DNA of 64,000 nucleotides from contig OZ219747.1 of the NCBI GenBank assembly GCA_964291265.2, forward strand, positions 2,368,001-2,432,000, read 5' to 3'. The notes under the pieces are model-generated. The model saw only the letters and a list, made by a program, of their open reading frames with translations, was not told the origin of the DNA and searched no databases. Source of the DNA: Alphaproteobacteria bacterium. GTDB lineage: Bacteria > Pseudomonadota > Alphaproteobacteria > SP197. Both the position numbers and the translations under genes were made by a program. Positions 30,230-41,400 of this stretch are shown one piece after another (within the stretch, counting starts at the first letter, position 1; each line of letters begins with the position of its first letter).

Positions 30230-31350
30230 GTGCTCGTGTCATGATTGCGGCCGGTGGTACCGGGGGGCACCTGATTCCGGCACTCTGCGTTGCCGGTGAA
30301 CTGGTACGCCGGGGCCATCATGTCACGGCCGTGACCGACCGGCGCGGCGCCGCGCTGGCCCACCGGATCAGCGACATTCCGGTGCGCCAGGTGCGTGCGG
30401 CCAGTCCGTCGGGCCGGTCAGCCTTCGGCAGGGTCGCGGCCGGCTTCACCATGCTGGCCGGTTGTGCCGGCGCGCTCCGCCTGATCCATGCCGGAAAGCC
30501 GGCGGTCGTGGCCGGGTTCGGCGGCTATCCGACGATTCCCCCCCTTGCCGTCGCGCAGCTTCTGGGCCTGCCGGTGCTGATTCACGAGCAGAATGCCGTT
30601 CTCGGGCGGGCCAACCGCTTTCTCGCCCCCAGGGCCAGGGTGGTGGCCACCTCGTTCGCCGGGACGCAGCCGGCGGCGGCGCGGCGCACGGTCGCCGTGG
30701 GTGTTCCGGTTCGCGACGCCATTGCGGCTCTCAGCCGGGTCGCATACCGCCCCCCCGGACCTGCGGGACATGTCAATCTCCTGGTGGTCGGAGGGAGCCA
30801 GGGCGCTGGACTCTTCGGCACCCTGCTGCCCGCCGCCGGACAGTGCCTCGACGGATCCCTGCTGCGGCGCCTCAAGGTGGTGCAGCAGTGCCGGGAGGAA
30901 GATGTCGAGCGCACCGCGGCGGCCTGGCGAGCTCTCGGGGTGACGGCGACGGTGGCGCCCTTCTTCGAGGACATGGCCGGGCACCTCGCGCGGGCGCACC
31001 TGGTGGTGGCCCGGGCAGGAGCCTCGACCATAGCCGAGCTCGCCGTGTCGGGCCGGCCATCGGTCCTGGTGCCGTTTGCGGGGGCGGCGGACGACCACCA
31101 GACGGCGAACGCCGACGTTGTCGTCGGCGCCGGCGGCGGATGGCTCGTCGACGAGAGGGAAGCCGACGCCCGTTCCCTTGCCGCGCATCTTGATTCCCTC
31201 CTCACCTCGCCGGCGGCATTGGCGCGCGCTGCCGGCAACGTGCGCCGCCTCGCCCGCACCGATGCTGCCGCGGCGCTTGCCGAGGCGATCGAGAACCTTG
31301 CGGCCGGCAATGGCCGCGCCTGCCGGGTGCTGAAGGAGCAGGGGGCATGA
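30226..31350 (+). CDS. murG: Lipid II GlcNAc transferase
   Basis: AAGGTGGHL, GFGGY, HEQNA, GGSQGA, RAGASTIAE. Confidence 0.96.
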   Translation: MSARVMIAAGGTGGHLIPALCVAGELVRRGHHVTAVTDRRGAALAHRISDIPVRQVRAASPSGRSAFGRVAAGFTMLAGCAGALRLIHAGKPAVVAGFGGYPTIPPLAVAQLLGLPVLIHEQNAVLGRANRFLAPRARVVATSFAGTQPAAARRTVAVGVPVRDAIAALSRVAYRPPGPAGHVNLLVVGGSQGAGLFGTLLPAAGQCLDGSLLRRLKVVQQCREEDVERTAAAWRALGVTATVAPFFEDMAGHLARAHLVVARAGASTIAELAVSGRPSVLVPFAGAADDHQTANADVVVGAGGGWLVDEREADARSLAAHLDSLLTSPAALARAAGNVRRLARTDAAAALAEAIENLAAGNGRACRVLKEQGA

Positions 31351-32777
31351 TCTGCACACCGGACGCCATGGGACCCGTGCACTTCGTCGGCATCGGCGGC
31401 ATCGGCATGAGCGGCATCGCCGAAGTGCTGCACAACCAGGGCTACTCGATCCAGGGGTCCGACATGGCCGAAAGCGCCTCGGTGAAGCGGCTGCGCCGTC
31501 TCGGCATCCCGGTGGCCATCGGCCACTCCGGCGACAATGTCGAAAACGCGAGCGTGGTTGTCGTCTCCTCGGCCATCGCCGCCGACAACGTGGAAGTCGC
31601 CGAGGCGCGGCGCAGCTGGATCCCCGTCGTGCGCCGCGCCGAGATGCTGGGCGAGCTGATGCGCCCGGTCCACTCCATCGCGGTCAGCGGCACCCATGGC
31701 AAGACCACCACCACGTCGCTGGTGGGCTGGTTGCTGGAGTGCGCGGGTCTCGATCCGACGGTGATCAACGGCGGCATCGTCAACGCCTATGGCGCCAACA
31801 CCCGCATGGGCAAGGGCGGATGGATGGTGGCCGAAGCCGACGAGTCCGACGGCAGCTTCCTGCAGCTGCCGATGACCGTCGCGGTCGTCACCAACATCAA
31901 CCCCGAACACCTGGAGAGCTACGGGTCGTTCGACGCCGTGCGGGAGGCCTATGCGCGCTTCATCGGCAACATTCCGTTCCATGGCCTTGCCGTGCTGTGC
32001 ATCGACGATGCCGATGTCCATTCGCTCGTCGGACGCGTGACGGATCGCCGCATCGTCACCTATGGACTGGGTGCCCGGGCCGAGGTGCGGGGAACCGGAC
32101 TGCGTCTCACCGGGACCGGTTACCGCTTCGATGCCGTGCTCACCGACCGCAGGACACATGTGGCGCGAACCCTTTGCGATCTCGATCTGCCGATGTGGGG
32201 CCGCCACAACGTCACCAACGCACTCGCTGCCATCTCGGTGGCCCGGGAACTCGGCATTGACGACGATACGGTGAGGCGCGCCCTGGCCAGCTTTGCCGGG
32301 GTGCGACGGCGCTTCACCCGCACCGGCGAAGCGCGCGGGGTGACGGTCATCGACGACTATGCCCACCATCCCGTCGAGATTGCCGCGGTCCTCGAGGCGG
32401 CGCGCGAGGTGTTCCGGGGGCACGTCATCGCCGTGGTCCAGCCGCATCGCTACACTCGCCTTGCGAACCTGTTCGACGAGTTCTGCGCCTGCTTCAACAG
32501 CGCCGATGCGGTCATCGTCGCCGACGTTCACGCCGCCGGCGAAACGCCGCTGGCCGGCGCCTCGCGCCAGCGCCTGGTGGAGGGCCTGCGTGAACGCGGC
32601 CATCGCCAGGTCCTTTCTCTTGAGCGTCAGGAGGACCTGGCGGCCATGGTGGATCGCGTGACCGCGCCGGGAGACGCCGTGATCTGCATGGGCGCTGGTT
32701 CCATCACGTCCTGGGCCGAAGCACTTCCGCGCCAACTCGAACTGCTGCCCGGCGGCGATGCGAGGGAGGCGTCATGA
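31347..32777 (+). CDS. murC: UDP-MurNAc:L-Ala ligase
   Basis: GIGGIGMSG, GTHGKTTTT, EADESDGSF, DDYAHHP, QPHRYTR. Confidence 0.97.
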   Translation: MICTPDAMGPVHFVGIGGIGMSGIAEVLHNQGYSIQGSDMAESASVKRLRRLGIPVAIGHSGDNVENASVVVVSSAIAADNVEVAEARRSWIPVVRRAEMLGELMRPVHSIAVSGTHGKTTTTSLVGWLLECAGLDPTVINGGIVNAYGANTRMGKGGWMVAEADESDGSFLQLPMTVAVVTNINPEHLESYGSFDAVREAYARFIGNIPFHGLAVLCIDDADVHSLVGRVTDRRIVTYGLGARAEVRGTGLRLTGTGYRFDAVLTDRRTHVARTLCDLDLPMWGRHNVTNALAAISVARELGIDDDTVRRALASFAGVRRRFTRTGEARGVTVIDDYAHHPVEIAAVLEAAREVFRGHVIAVVQPHRYTRLANLFDEFCACFNSADAVIVADVHAAGETPLAGASRQRLVEGLRERGHRQVLSLERQEDLAAMVDRVTAPGDAVICMGAGSITSWAEALPRQLELLPGGDAREAS

Positions 32778-33700
32778 TCGCCGAGGCGGCCGCTCACGCT
32801 GCCCTGCCGGATGTCAGGGGCACCTATCGCCGGGGCGCCGACCTGTCGCGCACGACCTGGTTTGGCGTCGGTGGGCAGGCGGATGTCCTCTACCGCCCCG
32901 CAGACGAGGATGATCTCGTCCATTTCATGGCGACACGGCCGGCCGGGCTGGCGGTCACCGTCCTGGGTGTCGGCTCCAATGTCCTGGTGCGGGATCACGG
33001 GATTGCCGGGGTCACCATCCGCCTTGGCCGTGGATTCACGGGCATCGCCGTGGAAGGGGGCGAGGTGCATGCGGGGGCCGCGGCTCTCGATGTCCATGTG
33101 GCGCGCCAGGCGGCAGCCGCCGGCATTGCCGGGCTCGAGTTTCTCGCTGGTGTGCCAGGCACGATTGGCGGCGCCATCGCGATGAATGCCGGCGCCTACG
33201 GCTGCGAGGTCGCGGATGTTCTCGTCCGGGTTCGCGCCGTCGGCCCCGACGGCGTCGTGCACGACCTCGATGCCGCGGAACTCGGGCATGGCTACCGGCA
33301 CTGCGGGCTCGCGGGAGAGTGGGTTTTCGTCTCCTGCGTGCTGCGCGGCGAACCAGGCGCCAGGCCGGCCATAGAGGCACGGATCCGGGAAATCCAGGAG
33401 CGCCGCGCCCTGACCCAGCCGACGAAGGAACGGACCGGCGGCAGCACGTTCCGCAATCCGCCGCCACCCTTCGAACGGGCCTGGGAACTCATCGACCGGG
33501 CCGGGTGCCGCGGTCTGCGCCGGGGCGGGGCGATGGTCTCGGAGAAACACTGCAATTTTCTCGTCAACACCGGCGCGGCATCGGCAACGGATCTCGAGGC
33601 CTTGGCCGAGGACGTGCGGCGGCGCGTCCGCACATCCCAGGGTGTGTGCCTGGAATGGGAGATACGGCGCCTCGGGCGGCTGCCCGGAGAGGCGCCGTGA
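32774..33700 (+). CDS. murB: UDP-GlcNAc-enolpyruvate reductase
   Basis: GVGSNVL, PGTIGGAIAMNAGAYG, GGSTFRNP, SEKHCNF. Confidence 0.96.
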   Translation: MIAEAAAHAALPDVRGTYRRGADLSRTTWFGVGGQADVLYRPADEDDLVHFMATRPAGLAVTVLGVGSNVLVRDHGIAGVTIRLGRGFTGIAVEGGEVHAGAAALDVHVARQAAAAGIAGLEFLAGVPGTIGGAIAMNAGAYGCEVADVLVRVRAVGPDGVVHDLDAAELGHGYRHCGLAGEWVFVSCVLRGEPGARPAIEARIREIQERRALTQPTKERTGGSTFRNPPPPFERAWELIDRAGCRGLRRGGAMVSEKHCNFLVNTGAASATDLEALAEDVRRRVRTSQGVCLEWEIRRLGRLPGEAP

Positions 33701-33755
33701 ACCGCGTCAGCCGCGGCCGGCGGGCCGCCTTCCGGGTCCGCTTCGGAGATGCTCC

Positions 33756-34676
33756 GTGAGGCCACACGTCGCAGTCCTGATGGGCGGTTGGAGCGCCGAG
33801 CGCGAGGTGTCGCTCGTCACCGGTCGACGCTGCGCCGACACTCTCGCATCCGCCGGCCACGAGGTCACCTGCATCGATGTCGACCGTGACATCGGCCATC
33901 GCCTGAGGGCGCTCGATCCTCCTCCCGACGTGGTGTTCAACGCCCTGCACGGCAGGTTTGGCGAGGACGGGTGCATCCAGGGCCTGTTGGAGACCATGGG
34001 ACTCCGCTACACTCACTCGGGTCCGCTGGCCTCGGCCCTGGCCATGGACAAGCCGATGGCCAAGCGCCTTTTCGCCTCCGCCGGCATTCCCTGCCCCGAC
34101 GGGCGCACGGCGCACCGCACGGAGGCCGGCCGCCCTGCCGGCTGGCAGAGACCCTTTGTCGTGAAACCCGGCCGCGAGGGATCGAGTGTCGGCGTGCGGC
34201 GCGTGCTGGCGGCGTGCAACGACGATCGGCTGCGCGACGCCGACTTTCGCTACGGCGACGACGTCATGATCGAATCCTACATCCCGGGGCGCGAACTCAC
34301 CGTCTGCGTGCTCGGCGAGAGGGCTCTCGGTGTCACGGAAGTCCTGACCGGCGAGGGATTCTACGACTATCGCAACAAGTACACCGAAGGGCATTCACGG
34401 CACGTCCTGCCGGCGCCCGTGCCCTGTGACGTCGCGGCCAGGGCCATGGAGATGGCGCTGGCCGCGCACCGTCTGCTCGGCTGCCACGCCGTGTCGCGGG
34501 CGGACTTCCGCTACGACGACACCAGGGGCGGGTCCGGCGGCCTCTACCTTCTCGAGATCAACACCCAGCCCGGCATGACGCCGGTGTCCCTGGTTCCCGA
34601 ACAGGCCGCCCATGCGGGAATGGACTTCGAGGAACTCGTGTGCTGGATCACGGAGCAGGCCCGATGCGAAGGATGA
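33756..34676 (+). CDS. ddl: D-alanine--D-alanine ligase
   Basis: GGWSAEREVSL, ALHGRFGEDG, EGSSVG, EINTQPGMT. Confidence 0.96.
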   Translation: MRPHVAVLMGGWSAEREVSLVTGRRCADTLASAGHEVTCIDVDRDIGHRLRALDPPPDVVFNALHGRFGEDGCIQGLLETMGLRYTHSGPLASALAMDKPMAKRLFASAGIPCPDGRTAHRTEAGRPAGWQRPFVVKPGREGSSVGVRRVLAACNDDRLRDADFRYGDDVMIESYIPGRELTVCVLGERALGVTEVLTGEGFYDYRNKYTEGHSRHVLPAPVPCDVAARAMEMALAAHRLLGCHAVSRADFRYDDTRGGSGGLYLLEINTQPGMTPVSLVPEQAAHAGMDFEELVCWITEQARCEG

Positions 34677-35482
34677 CGCAGAGGAAGGCCTCCCGGCGTC
34701 TCTGGTGGGTGCTCGTGCGGCGTGTCGGACCGATCGTCCTCGTCGCCGCCCTGGTGTCGGGCGCCTGGGTGACAGGTCATCTCGCAACAGCCTGGCGCAG
34801 CGTGCTCGACACGGCGGTGGAGACGTCGATCACGGCCGGCTTCGAAGTCCGTCATGTCCTGGTTTCAGGCCGCTCGAAGACGGATCGCCAGACGCTCGTG
34901 GAAGCGCTGGGAATCGAGATCGGCGAGGCGCTGTTCGCCATCGACCTGGAGGCAGCGAGGGCCCGGGTCGCCACGCTCGCCTGGGTGCGTGACGCCTCCA
35001 TCAGGCGCCGCATGCCCGATGCCGTTGTCGTCGAACTCATCGAGCGTCGTCCGCTGGCCATCTGGCAACACCGGGGCGAGCTCTCTGTCATCGACTCCGT
35101 CGGCCAGATGATCGGTGGAGCCCGGCCGGAGGATCACTCCGGGCTGTTCCTCGTGGTGGGCCCGGGCGCCCCGGCCGCAGCCGCGGACCTCCTGGCGCTG
35201 CTCGCCCTGACGCCGGATCTGGCGCCCCGTGTGCTCGCCGCCGTACGCATCGGCCAGCGCCGCTGGAAGCTCCATCTCGACGGTGGAATCGACATTCACC
35301 TCCCCGAGGAAGGGGTGGAGGAGGCGTGGCTGGCGCTGGCTGGCATGGAGAGGAGCAGCGGACTGCTTTCCAGGGACGTCATGACCATCGATCTGCGCCT
35401 GGCCGATCGTCTCGTGGTGCGCCTCACCGAGGAGGCGCGGGAGCGTCTCGATCATGAGATGACGCGAGGAGAGGATACATGA
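34664..35482 (+). CDS. ftsQ: Cell division protein FtsQ
   Basis: TM + POTRA (LAWVRDASIRRRMP), IDLRLADRL; position in the cluster. Confidence 0.9.
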   Translation: MRRMTQRKASRRLWWVLVRRVGPIVLVAALVSGAWVTGHLATAWRSVLDTAVETSITAGFEVRHVLVSGRSKTDRQTLVEALGIEIGEALFAIDLEAARARVATLAWVRDASIRRRMPDAVVVELIERRPLAIWQHRGELSVIDSVGQMIGGARPEDHSGLFLVVGPGAPAAAADLLALLALTPDLAPRVLAAVRIGQRRWKLHLDGGIDIHLPEEGVEEAWLALAGMERSSGLLSRDVMTIDLRLADRLVVRLTEEARERLDHEMTRGEDT

Positions 35483-36711
35483 CGAATCCGGAACTCGTCG
35501 CTGCCGTCGACGTCGGCAGCAGCAAGGTCGCCTGCCTTGTGGCACGCGAGGACGAGAACGGCGGCCAGCGCATTCTCGGCGCCGGTCAGCAGGCGTCACG
35601 CGGCGTTCTCTCGGGCACCGTGGTCAACATGGAGGCGGCCGAACACTCCGTGGCGGCGGCGGTGACCCTCGCCGAGCAGTGCGCCGGGGAGACACTGCGC
35701 CGGGTATGGGTCGGTGTTTCCGGTGGTCAGCCGCGATCGGAGACCGTCGCCGTCGACGTCAGCATCGCCGGCCACGAGGTTGGCGACGCCGACCTGCGCA
35801 GGGTGGTCAACAAGACTCGCCAGGCGGCGCACCACCCCTCGCGGGAGCTGCTGCACGCCATTCCTGTGGGATATGCCATCGATGGAAGCCATGGCATCCG
35901 CGATCCCAGGGGCATGGTCGGGGAGCGTCTCGGCGTCAGGGTCCATCTCGTCTCCTCGGAACGCGGGCCCATGGCCAATCTCGAAACCTGCATCGGTCGC
36001 TGCCATCTCGACATCGCCGGCCATGCCGCTTCGGCCTGTGCCGCAGCGCTCGGCTGCCTGGTGGAAGACGAGATGGAGATGGGTGTGACGGTCATCGATT
36101 TCGGGGGTGGAACCACCGACCTGGCGATGTTCATGGAGGGCGAATGTGTTCACGTGGATTCCATGCCCGTGGGCGGTCAGCACGTCACGTCCGACATCGC
36201 CGAGGCCCTTTCGACCCCCACGGAGACGGCAGAGAGGATCAAGACGCTTCATGGCAGCGTGCTCTCGTTCGAGAGCGACAGCCACGAGACCTTCGAGATC
36301 CCCCTGATCGGCGAACGCGACGGCGCGGTGCGGGCCATCACGAGGGCCGAGCTGACCGCCATCATCCGCCCCCGCGTCGAGCACATGCTCCAGATGCTGA
36401 AAGGCCGCCTCGACGCCGAGGAGATTGCCCGGCGTGCCTCCCGCCGCCTGGTGCTCACCGGCGGCGCAGCGAAGCTCCAGGGCCTGGGCGAACTCGCGGT
36501 GCGCCACCTCGGCCGCCAGGTCCGTGCAGGACATCCCATCTGGCTCAAGGGCCTGGACGGGCGAACCACGGACCCCGCCTTCACGGCCTGTGCCGGCCTG
36601 CTGCGGTATGCGGCGCGGGGTGGCGAACTGGGGCGCAGTGAATTCAGCAGCTGGCACGCGAGGAGAGGTCCCTTCGACCGCCTCGGCCAGTGGCTGCGAC
36701 TGGCGTCATGA
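35479..36711 (+). CDS. ftsA: Cell division protein FtsA
   Basis: [34 protein letters not shown]-terminal amphipathic helix. Confidence 0.96.
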   Translation: MTNPELVAAVDVGSSKVACLVAREDENGGQRILGAGQQASRGVLSGTVVNMEAAEHSVAAAVTLAEQCAGETLRRVWVGVSGGQPRSETVAVDVSIAGHEVGDADLRRVVNKTRQAAHHPSRELLHAIPVGYAIDGSHGIRDPRGMVGERLGVRVHLVSSERGPMANLETCIGRCHLDIAGHAASACAAALGCLVEDEMEMGVTVIDFGGGTTDLAMFMEGECVHVDSMPVGGQHVTSDIAEALSTPTETAERIKTLHGSVLSFESDSHETFEIPLIGERDGAVRAITRAELTAIIRPRVEHMLQMLKGRLDAEEIARRASRRLVLTGGAAKLQGLGELAVRHLGRQVRAGHPIWLKGLDGRTTDPAFTACAGLLRYAARGGELGRSEFSSWHARRGPFDRLGQWLRLAS

Positions 36712-36805
36712 TGCATGCCGCCGGAAACATCAACACCCCTGTCGGCTCCGTTGCGGGCCCGGGGTGAGGAGTGCAACACAGCATGCGGATACGGAGGAGA
36801 TAGCG

Positions 36806-38269
36806 ATGGTCATTGATGTTGGATTCCCTGAGATAGAGTGCATCAAGCCGCGGATCACGGTGTTCGGCATCGGCGGCGCGGGAGGCAATGCGGTCAACAA
36901 CATGATCGTCAACGGTCTCTCAGGTGTCGACTTCGTCGTCGCCAACACCGATTCACAGGCCCTCGATCGTTCCCGCGCCGACAGGAGGATCCAGTTCGGC
37001 GCCTCGGTCACCCAGGGGCTTGGCGCGGGGTCGAGGCCCGACATAGGCAAGGCGGCGGCCGAAGAGGCCTTAGGCGAGATCTCCCAGCATCTCGCCATGT
37101 CGCACATGGTCTTCATCACCGCCGGCATGGGTGGGGGGACCGGCACCGGAGCGGCGCCCGTCGTGGCCCGCGCCGCCCGCGAGAACGGCATGCTTGCCGT
37201 CGGCTTCGTCACCATGCCCTTCGATTTCGAGGGGCGGGAGCGTCATCGCATTGCCGAAGCCGGGGCGCTGGAGCTGCAGGAGGAAGTCGACACGCTGGTC
37301 GTCATTCCCAACCAGAACCTGTTCCGCGTGGCCAACGAGGCGACAACCTTCGCCGACGCCTTCCAGATGGCCGACGACGTGCTTCACACGGGTGTGCGCG
37401 GCATCACGGACCTGATGGTCCAGCCCGGGATGATCAACCTGGATTTCGCGGATGTCCGCCGGATCATGGGTGAGCGCGGCAAGGCGATGATGGGAACCGG
37501 CGAGGCGTCGGGCGAGAAACGTGCGCTCGACGCGGCGGAAGCGGCCATCTCGAATCCCCTTCTCGACGAGGTGTCGATGAAGGGCGCCAGCGGTGTCCTC
37601 ATCAACGTCACCGGGGGAGGCGACCTGAAACTCTTCGAGGTCGATGAGGCGGCCCGGCGCATCACCCAGGAAGTCGACCCCGATGCCCACGTCATCATCG
37701 GCACCGCCCACGACGATTCCCTCGATGGCGCGATGCGGGTCTCGCTTGTCGCCACGGGAATCCGCATGACCGAGGCGACACGTGTGGAATCCGCTCCCCT
37801 CATCGTCGAGGATTTCGCCGAACCGGGGGTGGGCGATGAGGAGGAGGCAGCCGGGGATCCCGAGCTGCAGCACGTGCGTTTCACGGCCATCTCCGGCGGC
37901 AAGTCCCTCGAGGCGGGCGCGGTGGAGGGCGGCGATTCCTGGTCCTTCGGGGACGAGGAGGCGGTGGCGGTTGCCGGGCACGCCGGCGTGGAAGCGTCCC
38001 GCGTGAGGGAAGGCGACGATGCTCGCGCCGATCAAGCGCCCCTCTTGCACGGCGCCGAGGTGGCGCCGGTGACGCGCAAGCCTTCCTTCGTCGAGTGGGT
38101 GACGAGGAGCAAGCGCGGGTCGACGCAGGGCGACCGGTCCGGTGAGCCGGCGGCAGACCTCCACCATGCGGACGGTTCCCGTACCGGTGACCGTCCCTCG
38201 TTGCTGCGCGAGTCCTACGGCGATGAGGACAACCTGAACATCCCGTCATTCCTGCGTCGCAAGGATTGA
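36806..38269 (+). CDS. ftsZ: Cell division protein FtsZ
   Basis: [24 protein letters not shown], long acidic linker, C-terminal LNIPSFLRR. Confidence 0.98.
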   Translation: MVIDVGFPEIECIKPRITVFGIGGAGGNAVNNMIVNGLSGVDFVVANTDSQALDRSRADRRIQFGASVTQGLGAGSRPDIGKAAAEEALGEISQHLAMSHMVFITAGMGGGTGTGAAPVVARAARENGMLAVGFVTMPFDFEGRERHRIAEAGALELQEEVDTLVVIPNQNLFRVANEATTFADAFQMADDVLHTGVRGITDLMVQPGMINLDFADVRRIMGERGKAMMGTGEASGEKRALDAAEAAISNPLLDEVSMKGASGVLINVTGGGDLKLFEVDEAARRITQEVDPDAHVIIGTAHDDSLDGAMRVSLVATGIRMTEATRVESAPLIVEDFAEPGVGDEEEAAGDPELQHVRFTAISGGKSLEAGAVEGGDSWSFGDEEAVAVAGHAGVEASRVREGDDARADQAPLLHGAEVAPVTRKPSFVEWVTRSKRGSTQGDRSGEPAADLHHADGSRTGDRPSLLRESYGDEDNLNIPSFLRRKD

Positions 38270-38306
38270 TGACAAGGACCGCAGTTCCCGGTTCACGCCC
38301 GATGCA

Positions 38307-38486
38307 CATGATGCGAGCGTATCGTGAAAGCGCCGGACATGGCCGAGGCAGGTCGCCTCGGAGAACTTGATGCCGAAGATCGCGTGCACGAGCGAGACGG
38401 CACGGCGCAGGGCTGAGCATCTGGGCGACCAGCAGGTTGATGACGGGGGCCTTGATGCTGACGCCGTATGAGCACGGGGCCCGGCA
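38307..38486 (-). pseudogene. Internal fragment of the same IS66-type transposase
   Basis: Aligns by eye to 18514-18691 with scattered substitutions and indels; no IRs. Confidence 0.85.
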
Positions 38487-38492
38487 CTTCTC

Positions 38493-41400
38493 CTACCAGT
38501 TGAGGGCGCCGCGCAGCATGAGGCTGTCTTCGCTGACCGGCCCCGGCCGGTGCGCGCCCTCGAGGCCGAGGGAGAGTCCCGCGCCGAGGCGGTAGCGGGT
38601 GCCGAGCCGCAGGGTGCGCCCGCCGGTCTCCGCCAGGCTCATCCCGGCCCAGGGGGTGAGCACCGCGAGAGGCCCCGGACCGGCAAGGCCGAAGCCGTGG
38701 CCCACCTCCGCCTCCAGGCGGCCCTCTGCCGATGTCGTACCCGATGCCGCCGCGGGCAGGCCGTGGTCGAACAGTTCTCCCAGATCACTCTCGGTGCGCC
38801 CGTGCGCGGGACCGAAGGCGAGGAAGGTTCCAAGCCCGTCGGCCCCGGGGGCGAGGCGCACCAGGGCGCTCACACCCCACTCGTCACGGTCCGCCTCGTG
38901 GGCCGCCAGGAGCCGCGTGCGCAGCTCCGCCGTCAGACCCTCCGCCGGGTCCCGCCATGTCACGCTCGCCCCGGCCTCGAGGCCCGCCCCCTCGGCGGCG
39001 TCGCCCGCGTCATGGCGCACCCCCGCCTCCAGGGCCGGGGTCAGCGTCGCACCGCTTGCCAGCGCGTGCTCGTGCGACCCCTCCAGCAGCAGCCGCAGGC
39101 GGGTCGTCCTCGCCGTCAGCCCCGCCAGGCCGTCATCGGACCCCGTGCGCAGGCGCGCCAGCGCGCCCTCGCCCTTGACCGCAAGGCGCGTCATGCCGCC
39201 CTCGATGAGGTCCGCATGCTCAATGAGGACGCTGCGGGCGCCCGCCGCCGCGCTCCACTGCGCCAGGTCCGTGCTGCGCACCGGCGCCCCCTCCTCGGCA
39301 ATCCGCACCTCGCCGGTCCCGTAGCCGAGGCTCGCCCACAGGGTCGAGCCGTCCGCCAGCAACCACGCCGCATAGGGATGCACCGACGTGATCGTGGTCT
39401 CGTGGACGCCCTTCACCTGGTCCGTCTGCGTGTCCAGCTCGCCCCGCACATGGGAGAGCGCCGCCCCGGCCAGAAGGTCGGGGCGCAGGCGCACGTCCGC
39501 CCCCAGCTGCGCCGACCACAGGCCGCCGTCCCACGACACGCCGCCTTGCGAACCCGACAGCGACAGCCACTCGCCCCGGCCCCACACGGCCAGCGGCGGC
39601 GCGGAGGCCTCGCCCTCGGCGCCCGCCGCCAGGGTGAAGGAGGCGCCGTCCAGCACCTCCGCCATGCTCGGGCCGGGCTCCTCCGGGTGCGGCGACGCCC
39701 ACGCGTCCTCCACCGGTGACGGCAGGGCGCCGAACTGCACCGTGCCGCCCCCCTCGCCGGAGGCCACCGCCTCGATGCGACCCGTCACCGCCCCCAGGGT
39801 CTGCGACATCGCCGCCGCCGCCACGTGCGGCAGCACCGCCGCATTCACCCGGTTCGACCTTGCCATGGACCCCGCCGCCCGGTCGCGCAGAACGCCAAGC
39901 GCCGTGGCGTCGTTCCCCACCACGTAGTCCGCCGCATCGTTCAGCGTGATGCGGTAGGCTTCCGCGCCTTCCGCATCCGCATCGGCCGCCGTCGGGATCG
40001 TCACCACGCCCGTTCGCCGCCCCGCGGCGCCGAACACCGCATCGAACGAACGCGGACCCAGACCGCCCGGAACGTCACCGGCATCGAAGCCGCCGCCGTC
40101 CCGGGACGCCAGGGTCAGGCTCACCCGCAGACTGCCCGTCAGCGCCCGGTCGGCGCTCACCACGAGGCGGATGGCCTCGCCCTCGGTCACCGCCGCCGGA
40201 TCCTGCGCCAGGGTCAGCACCGGCAAGAGCGTCGTGTCCGTCACCGTCACCGCCACCGAATCGATGGTCACCGAAGCGTAGCCCCCGCCGCTCGCACCAT
40301 GGGTCAGCGTCGCCGTGTCGTCGGTCGTGTCCTCGTCACGGGCCGCGCGCACCGTCACCTCTTGCGCCGTGTCCCAGTTGGCCGTGGTGAAGGTCAGGCT
40401 CGCCGGTTCCACCGTCACCTCGCCCGAGGCGCCGCCCACCGTCACCGTGACCTCGCCCGAGGGTTCCGTGTCCAGCACCACCGTGTAGGCCGCACTGCTC
40501 CCCTCCGCCACCGTCAGCGCGGTCGGCGTCACCGTCACGCTTGCGTCTGCGGTGGGCGTCGTGCCGCCTCCGCCACCGCCGCCTCCGCCGGGCGCCACCG
40601 GCGCCGCCGGCGTCGCCGTCACCGGCGCATCCGGACCGGCGCCGTTGCCGGCCCCGTTCACCGCGCGCACCTCGAACTGGTAGGCAGTGCCGTTCGTCAG
40701 ACCGCTCACCTCGTAGCTGGTGGTGCCCGCAGCGGAGCCGGGAATGTCCTCCCACGCGCCCCAGTCGTCGCTGCCGGACTTCCGCCGCACCTGCCACTTG
40801 GTGATGGTCGGATTGTCCGGGTCGGTCCAGCTCAGCGTCACCGAAGCGTTGCCCGCCGCGCCGGCAAGGCCGGCCGGCTTCCCGGGCGCCACATCCTTCT
40901 CCGCCACGCTCACCACCACAGAGGCGATGGTCACCGAGGCGTAGCCGCCGCCAGAGGCGCTGTGGGTCAGCGTTACGGCGGCGTCCGTCGTCGTGTCCGT
41001 GTCCGTGCCTGCGTTCACCGTCACCGTCTGCGGCTGGTTCCAGTTGGCTCTGGTGAAGGTCAGCGACGCGCCCGTCACCGTCACGTCCCCCGACGCGCCC
41101 GCCACCGTGATCGTCACATCCGATGACGGCGGCGTGTTCAGCCGCATCGTGTACGTCCTGCTGCCGCCTTCCGCCACCGTCAGCGCCGCCGTCGACACCG
41201 TCACCCCCGGCGTATCGGCCACCGTCACGTCCACCGTGCCCGCGTCGGGAATCGCATCCGCAGAAGCTCCCGTCAGACGGAAGGCGTGGTTGATCACCGC
41301 CGTGCCGTTCGCCACCCCGGTCACCGTCACCGTCCGCGCCGTGCTGTAGTTGCTGGTGGTGAAGGTCAGGCTCGCCGGACTGACCCGCGCCGCCGCCGTG

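Noticed and set aside
20171-38269. Apparent long N-terminal extensions or fusions of rsmH, ftsI, murG and ftsZ in the ORF track (also moeA, peroxiredoxin, lysC)
   Set aside because: These are longest-ORF artefacts; downstream starts with ATGA/GTGA overlaps or an RBS give normal proteins.
17695-38486. Composite transposon mobilising the dcw cluster between the two IS66 copies
   Set aside because: The second copy is an IR-less internal fragment, the first has its own target duplication, and the amidase-rnpB-mraZ order looks native.
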